Shown here one piece after another: positions 58,651 to 64,000 of a stretch of DNA of 64,000 nt (the stretch's first letter is position 1; each line of letters starts with the position of its first letter). The DNA lies in NCBI GenBank assembly GCA_965223265.1, contig OZ244999.1, positions 3,136,001 through 3,200,000 on the forward strand, written 5' to 3'. This stretch comes from Planctomycetota bacterium (GTDB lineage: Bacteria; Planctomycetota; UBA8108; SXIK01). The notes beneath the pieces were generated by a model. The model did no database searches, was not told the origin of the DNA, and worked only from the letters and a program-made list of their open reading frames with translations. The translations under genes were made by a program, and so were the position numbers.

Positions 58651-61600
58651 GATTGAGCCTCCGGCAGAGCGGCACTTTCCCCGTCTTTGCCTTGGGGCGT
58701 CAACATGTAGGCTGCCGGAATCACGAGCAGCGTCAGAATCGTGCTCAGTAGTAGGCCAGAGGCGACCGTGATGGCGAGCGGCGCGCGCAGTTCCGCTCCC
58801 TGCCCCCACGGGAGAGCCATTGGCACGAGTCCAAGCACCGTGGTCAGCGTCGTCATCAAGATCGGACGCAGCCTGAGATGTCCGGCTTGGATCACTGCCT
58901 CAAAGCGTTCGACTCCTTGACGACGCATTCGGTTGATCGTGTCGATCAGAACGATGGCGTTGTTGACGACGATACCTACGAGCATGATACCACCGATCAA
59001 CACGATGACCGTGACCGTCGTACCGGTGAGGGCGAGCGCCGCGACAACCCCGACGAGCGACAGCGGGATCGTGAAGAGAACGACGAATGGATGGACGAAC
59101 GACTCGAAGATCGAAGCCATCACCAGGTAAACGAGAAAAATCGCCAGTCCGATGGCAAAGCGAAGACTTTGGAAAGACACCTGGCGCTCGCGATTCTGCC
59201 CGGCGATTTCAGCACTGACGCCACTGGGAAATGAGAAGTTGGTGAGCAGCGCTTCGACCTCGTCGATCGCCGAGCCAAGAGATCGCTCGCGTAGATTCGC
59301 TGTCACCACAGCCGCGCGTTGCTGCTGCACGCGATGCACCTCCGCGGGGCCTCTCCCAACGCGAAGGTTGGCTACGGTAATCAGCCGGATCGGCGTGCCG
59401 TTGGCGCTGGGGACGATCAGTCGTTGGACGTCTTCCAGACTGGCGCGGTCCGCTTCAAGATTGCGAATACGGACGTCGATTTGTCGTTCCTGTTGCTTGA
59501 AGCGTGTTGGAACGACACCTTGAATTCTGCTCTGCAGTGTGTTCGAAAGGCGCTCCATGTCGAGCCCGGTCGCGGCGATGCGGTCGCGATCGAACTTTAC
59601 TTGAATCTCTGGGCTTCCCGCCTCCAACGACGAGCGGACGTCCGTCATGCCGTCCATACTGCTGACGCGTTGTGCCAGGGCTAAGGACGCGCTGCGGAGA
59701 TCATCGAGATCTTCTCCGTAGAGGATAATCTCGACGGGTGTCTTGAGGCTGAAATACGACGGTCGCCCGAACTTGACATCCAAGTCAGGGATCTCTTGGA
59801 ATTCACCGCTAAGGTACCGGACGACACCATCCTCCGCAGCCTCGTCGCTGCGATCGTGCAGCACGATGTTCAGCTGCCCGAGGTTCTCGGCCTTCGTGTT
59901 GAGTGAGATGCCGCCGGCGACGAGGCGACTGCCGACAGTCGAGTAGATGCGCTCGATTCTCTGGTCTGCTTGTGCCAACCGTTCAAGATTGGAGATCGCC
60001 CTGTCTGTCGCTTGGAGAGATGCTCCTTCCGGGAGATTGACCTCGAAGTAGAATTCGCCTTCCGTCAGCGAGGGGATTAGTTCCGTCTCGAGTGTTCGTC
60101 CAGCGGCGACGACGGCGACCACGAAGAGGAGTGCCGCAGAGCTCAGCGTGACGAACCGGTGTTTGAGTACGGATCTTAGGATTCGATCGTAGAGTGCAGA
60201 GATGAACCCCAGGGAGCGCACTGAGGGGGGATTCTTCGCGACGGGCCGCGTCGAGGACGCGTTCCTCCGTCTGCCAACGGCACTCAACATCGGAATCAGG
60301 GTTACCGCGACGACGAGCGAAGCAATCAGACTGACCGTCACGGTGAGCGCCTGATCTCGAAAGAGCTGGCCCGCGATTCCTTCGACGAAGACGATCGGTA
60401 GGAAGACGGCGACGGTCGTCATTGTCGACGCCAGGACTGCAGGCCCAACCTCGCTCGCTCCCTGAACGGCTGCTTTCTGTGGCGTCTCGCCCGACTGCCT
60501 GCGTCGGTAGATCGACTCAAGCACGACGATCGAGTTGTCGACGAGCATGCCGACGCCGAGCGTCAGTCCGCCAAGCGACATGATGTTGAGTGAGATGTCA
60601 GCGCGGTACATGACCAGAAACGCGGCGATGATCGACACTGGGATCGAGAGCGCGACGATCAAGGTGCTCCGCAGATCGCGGAGAAATACGAAGAGGATGA
60701 GGGTTGCGAGGAGCCCTCCGATGGCTGCGGCGTCTCGGACGCCGCGAATCGCCAAGGAGATGAACTCCGATTGGTCGAAGAGAGTCACCAGCTCGTGGCC
60801 AGGAGGGAGCTTCGAACGCCAGTTCTCGAGTTTGTCTTCGAGGGCGCGCGCTGCATGGACCGTGTTCGCATCGCCTTCCTTGTAGATCGCGATTTCGACG
60901 CATTCCTTGCCGTCGACACGTGTGATTTCGTCTCGCTCTTTAGTTCCCATGCGCACGTCTGCAACTTCTCGCAGGCGGACCGTCGCGCTGCCGCTGCGCC
61001 AGACGATGAGCTCTCCGATCTCTTCCACTGTGCGGAACTCGTTGAGGGTGCGGACCAGGTATTGAAGGTTCTCCCCGCGTAAGGCACCGCCGGGCAGGTT
61101 GACGTTCGATACGCCGACGACGTCGCGCAAATGGTCGAGAGGAATACCGAGGGCGGCGAGGCGCTCCTGGTCGATCTCGATCTGCACCTCTTCTTCGAAG
61201 CCACCCTTGATCTGGGCCGAGGCGATCCCGTCAACGGTCTCAAGCTCAGGCTTGATGCGACGCTCTGCAAGGTCGCGTATGTCTGTCAATTCGCCTGGGC
61301 CTACCAGCGCGAGACGGATGATCGGGTCGAGCGCGGGATCGAATCGCAGCACGATCGGATCTTCGGCCTCTTCAGGAAGAATGAGGCGGTCGATCTTCTC
61401 GCGTACCTCCAGTGATAGGAGGTCCATGTCGGATGACCAATCGAATTCGAGCGTGACTTCAGACACCCCCGAACGAGATATCGAGTGTACTGACTGTAGG
61501 CCTCGCAGAACTCCGACAGCTTCTTCGACTTCGCGGGTGACGAGGTATTCGACTTCTTCTGGCGCGGTGTCAGGAAAGTTGGTCCGCACCGTGATTGACG

Positions 61601-61730
61601 GATAACTGATGTTCGGGAAGAGCTCGACAAGGAGGCGTGAATACCCGACGACACCGAAGACCACGACGGCCAGTGTCGTCATGACGACGGTGACGCGTCG
61701 AGCGACGGCGATTTCGACGAGCTTGCGCAT
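58647..61730 (-). CDS. RND efflux transporter permease subunit 1 (AcrB/AcrD/AcrF family)
   Basis: GMLVDNSIVVLESI, FLPIVFVEGIAGQLF, GIVVNNAIVLID, RLRPILMTTLTT. Confidence 0.95.
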   Translation of the reverse strand: MRKLVEIAVARRVTVVMTTLAVVVFGVVGYSRLLVELFPNISYPSITVRTNFPDTAPEEVEYLVTREVEEAVGVLRGLQSVHSISRSGVSEVTLEFDWSSDMDLLSLEVREKIDRLILPEEAEDPIVLRFDPALDPIIRLALVGPGELTDIRDLAERRIKPELETVDGIASAQIKGGFEEEVQIEIDQERLAALGIPLDHLRDVVGVSNVNLPGGALRGENLQYLVRTLNEFRTVEEIGELIVWRSGSATVRLREVADVRMGTKERDEITRVDGKECVEIAIYKEGDANTVHAARALEDKLENWRSKLPPGHELVTLFDQSEFISLAIRGVRDAAAIGGLLATLILFVFLRDLRSTLIVALSIPVSIIAAFLVMYRADISLNIMSLGGLTLGVGMLVDNSIVVLESIYRRRQSGETPQKAAVQGASEVGPAVLASTMTTVAVFLPIVFVEGIAGQLFRDQALTVTVSLIASLVVAVTLIPMLSAVGRRRNASSTRPVAKNPPSVRSLGFISALYDRILRSVLKHRFVTLSSAALLFVVAVVAAGRTLETELIPSLTEGEFYFEVNLPEGASLQATDRAISNLERLAQADQRIERIYSTVGSRLVAGGISLNTKAENLGQLNIVLHDRSDEAAEDGVVRYLSGEFQEIPDLDVKFGRPSYFSLKTPVEIILYGEDLDDLRSASLALAQRVSSMDGMTDVRSSLEAGSPEIQVKFDRDRIAATGLDMERLSNTLQSRIQGVVPTRFKQQERQIDVRIRNLEADRASLEDVQRLIVPSANGTPIRLITVANLRVGRGPAEVHRVQQQRAAVVTANLRERSLGSAIDEVEALLTNFSFPSGVSAEIAGQNRERQVSFQSLRFAIGLAIFLVYLVMASIFESFVHPFVVLFTIPLSLVGVVAALALTGTTVTVIVLIGGIMLVGIVVNNAIVLIDTINRMRRQGVERFEAVIQAGHLRLRPILMTTLTTVLGLVPMALPWGQGAELRAPLAITVASGLLLSTILTLLVIPAAYMLTPQGKDGESAALPEAQS

Positions 61731-61739
61731 GCCCAGATT

Positions 61740-62915
61740 CTACGAGCTGGGGGTGTCGGGAGCGGCGCCCGGAGTTGCTACCTGACTTGCCGCCGGAAAC
61801 TTGATCTTCTGGCCGTGCTGGAGCGAGCGTTGACCTTTGATGACTACAAGCTCGTCCGCATCGACCCCGCTGATGACTTCAGAAAAAACGTCGTCACGGA
61901 AACCCACCTCGACGACACGACGTTCCGCTTCGCCGCCAACCGAAACAAAAGCGACTTGGTCGCCTTTGTGTTCGAACACTGCTTCCTTCGGCACGAGGGT
62001 GACGCCCGTACGGCGCTCAGTGAGAATCTGCACCTTAGCGAAATCGCCCGGTCTGGTGTTGGCTGGATATTCCGCAATCTCGACCGTGATCGTGATGGTT
62101 CCCGTAGCCGGATCAATGACCGGGCTGATGAGTTTGATGCGACCCTGAAGCCGGGCGCCATCGCTGTCCAGCACGAGCTCGACACGCTGATCGACGCTGA
62201 TCGCTTTGAATTCCTTGGCCGGCACGTAGACGCGGGCCAGCAGCGGGTTCAAGTCGGCGACCGTGAACAGAGCCGCTCCGATCTCGACGTACTGACCGAC
62301 GTCGACGAATCGGCGTACGACCCGACCACTGAAGGGCGAGGACACTTTGGCGTAGGAGTAGCTCAACCGTGCCAAGCCCTGCTCGGCGACGGCCTTTGCG
62401 AGGTCATTCTTCGCCGTGTCGAATTCCTCGGCTGAGACCAGCCCTTGCTGCATTTTCTTGAGGCGCTCGAACTGCGACTGAAGATTACTTGTCGTCGCCT
62501 CCGCCTGTTCAAGTCGCAGCTTGTATTCATCATTGCCGATCCGCAAAAGAAGATCGTTCTCTTCAACAGCATCGCCCTCCTCGACGTGGATGGCCTCGAT
62601 CAAACCTGCGGCGCGGGCCAAGACGTCTGCCCGTCGCTCTGCTTCTAGGGTCGCAGTGGCGGAGTAGTATTTCGCGATGTCGCCTCGTCGAGCAGCCTTC
62701 ACCGCCACGGGCATCGGTGCCACCGCTGCCGCCCCTGCGTTTGCGCTTCCCTTAGAATTGGCCGACGTAGAGCGACCGGCGGTAGAGCTCGTGGCCCGCG
62801 TCTGCTTGCCGCTGTCGTCGCTTTCGCGCCCACAGCTTAGTAGGGACACGACGGCGAAGAGCAGGATCAAACGGTGTTCGCTACTGATTCGGTGTGTTCG
62901 TTTTGTCATTGGCAC
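61740..62915 (-). CDS. RND efflux periplasmic adaptor (membrane fusion protein)
   Basis: Lipobox-like LLSC, VEEGDAV, SPFSGRV...VGQYV, ISPVIDPATGT, LVPKEAV. Confidence 0.93.
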   Translation of the reverse strand: MPMTKRTHRISSEHRLILLFAVVSLLSCGRESDDSGKQTRATSSTAGRSTSANSKGSANAGAAAVAPMPVAVKAARRGDIAKYYSATATLEAERRADVLARAAGLIEAIHVEEGDAVEENDLLLRIGNDEYKLRLEQAEATTSNLQSQFERLKKMQQGLVSAEEFDTAKNDLAKAVAEQGLARLSYSYAKVSSPFSGRVVRRFVDVGQYVEIGAALFTVADLNPLLARVYVPAKEFKAISVDQRVELVLDSDGARLQGRIKLISPVIDPATGTITITVEIAEYPANTRPGDFAKVQILTERRTGVTLVPKEAVFEHKGDQVAFVSVGGEAERRVVEVGFRDDVFSEVISGVDADELVVIKGQRSLQHGQKIKFPAASQVATPGAAPDTPSS

Positions 62916-63009
62916 AACTTGCCCATTCTACTCTAACTTGGTCGCGAATCGAGAACTTGGAGTCGCTACCTCGCGCGGACGCGGGCGCCGCGGCCTCATG
63001 TTCCGCTAA

Positions 63010-63168
63010 CAGCCCGTTGAAAAAGTCATTCGGCTGAGAAACCGGCCTCTTCACGCCCAGATCAGCCGCGGCGAGCCTCGAAAATCTCGGAGATTACCTG
63101 CGTTCGCCGCGGCTGATCTGGACGCGAAGCGACCAGTTTTCAGCTCGAAGCACTTTTTCAACAGGCTG
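63010..63168. mobile_element. MITE-like fold-back element, copy 4 (159 bp)
   Basis: Terminal inverted repeats CAGCCCGTTGAAAAAG / CTTTTTCAACAGGCTG. Direct repeat CTAA on both flanks (63006-63009, 63169-63172). Confidence 0.9.
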
Positions 63169-63197
63169 CTAAGCTAACAGTGGGTGGTTTCCTCCGT

Positions 63198-64000
63198 TTA
63201 CGCTCGCCACGATTTCACTTCTTGGATGACGCGGAGGGCATCCGTGCGCTTTTTCTCAAAGAGCGCAAACAGCGCGATGATCGCGACGCCGAGGCAGATT
63301 CCACCGACGTACCAAAGCCAGGTCCAGCCGCGCGCGGACGCTGCGTGCCAGATCAGCGTGACGAGCGAAACGAGGAAGAACGCGGATCCCGTGAACAGGA
63401 ACGAGTGCGCCTTGAGAAGAATTCCGCCAAGGATTCCGGCGACGGACCAGGCGGCTAGGAGAAGCGGCAACCATGGCGTGCTCGCCACGCCGCTCAAAAG
63501 GATGTCCGCCGTTGACGAGCAGTACACGAACAGTAGGCAACCATAGCGGATCATCGCGACTTGGGCGGGGAGGAGGCGGTCTCTGACCAGATGGCACGCA
63601 CCCAAGACTGAGAGCGCGGGGGGAATGAGCCACAGCTGTGGGTGTTCCCAGAGTCTGAGACCGTCGATGCGGTGCCAATAGGACCAGAGCGCACCATTGA
63701 CGAGAAACAAGGCCACAACGCCGAAGCTGAAGGAGCGCCGCATTGCTGCGGCCGCGCCGTAGAAGAGGCTGGAGAGGAGAAACACCATGGCTGGGTGGGC
63801 GCTGGAGCTGAACCCCCATTGCCCGAGGAGAGCGACGACGGGCAAGAAGAGGCCGGTACGCAAGAGGGGTTGCGCGAGCACCGCCCGTCCCTGGCGCTCG
63901 AAGATGCTCCCGATTCCTGCACCGGCGTAGGCGAGAGCTAACACGATGAACGGCCAATAGCGTGAGAAGAAGCCGCTGAAGAGCCACGGCATCGTGACGC
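63198..64000 (-). CDS. C-terminal part of a large multi-pass membrane protein (5' end probably outside window)
   Basis: Continuous TM helices with HPQLWLIPPALSVL and ALFEKKR, running to the window edge. Confidence 0.75.
   Translation of the reverse strand, partial: VTMPWLFSGFFSRYWPFIVLALAYAGAGIGSIFERQGRAVLAQPLLRTGLFLPVVALLGQWGFSSSAHPAMVFLLSSLFYGAAAAMRRSFSFGVVALFLVNGALWSYWHRIDGLRLWEHPQLWLIPPALSVLGACHLVRDRLLPAQVAMIRYGCLLFVYCSSTADILLSGVASTPWLPLLLAAWSVAGILGGILLKAHSFLFTGSAFFLVSLVTLIWHAASARGWTWLWYVGGICLGVAIIALFALFEKKRTDALRVIQEVKSWRA

Overview
GC-rich bacterial chromosomal segment, almost certainly from a Planctomycetota genome. This is inferred from the PVC-type CxxCH dehydrogenase, the DUF1549/DUF1553-PPC-WD40/cytochrome cluster, DUF1501, a non-anammox HzsA-like protein and the CRTAC1/ASPIC protein. 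It holds about 33 protein genes. I found no rRNA, tRNA, CRISPR array or transposase. Family calls come from motif recognition by eye, not database searches. Highlights: (1) five secreted proteins share a C-terminal dockerin-like module, and one of them (27934-31737) also carries one cohesin-like domain plus four Cys-rich cohesin-like repeats, suggesting a non-cellulosomal scaffoldin complex. Its putative cargo includes a CotH kinase and a glucan-water-dikinase-like enzyme. (2) A CRTAC1/ASPIC gene is split only by an in-frame UGA that sits in a hairpin, a candidate selenocysteine or readthrough site. (3) A divergent MamK-like actin occurs without any magnetosome genes. (4) A ~160-bp fold-back MITE family is present in 4 copies; three have 4-bp target duplications and one has its outer arms inverted relative to the core. 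(5) A Zn-ADH homolog lacks its catalytic ligands.
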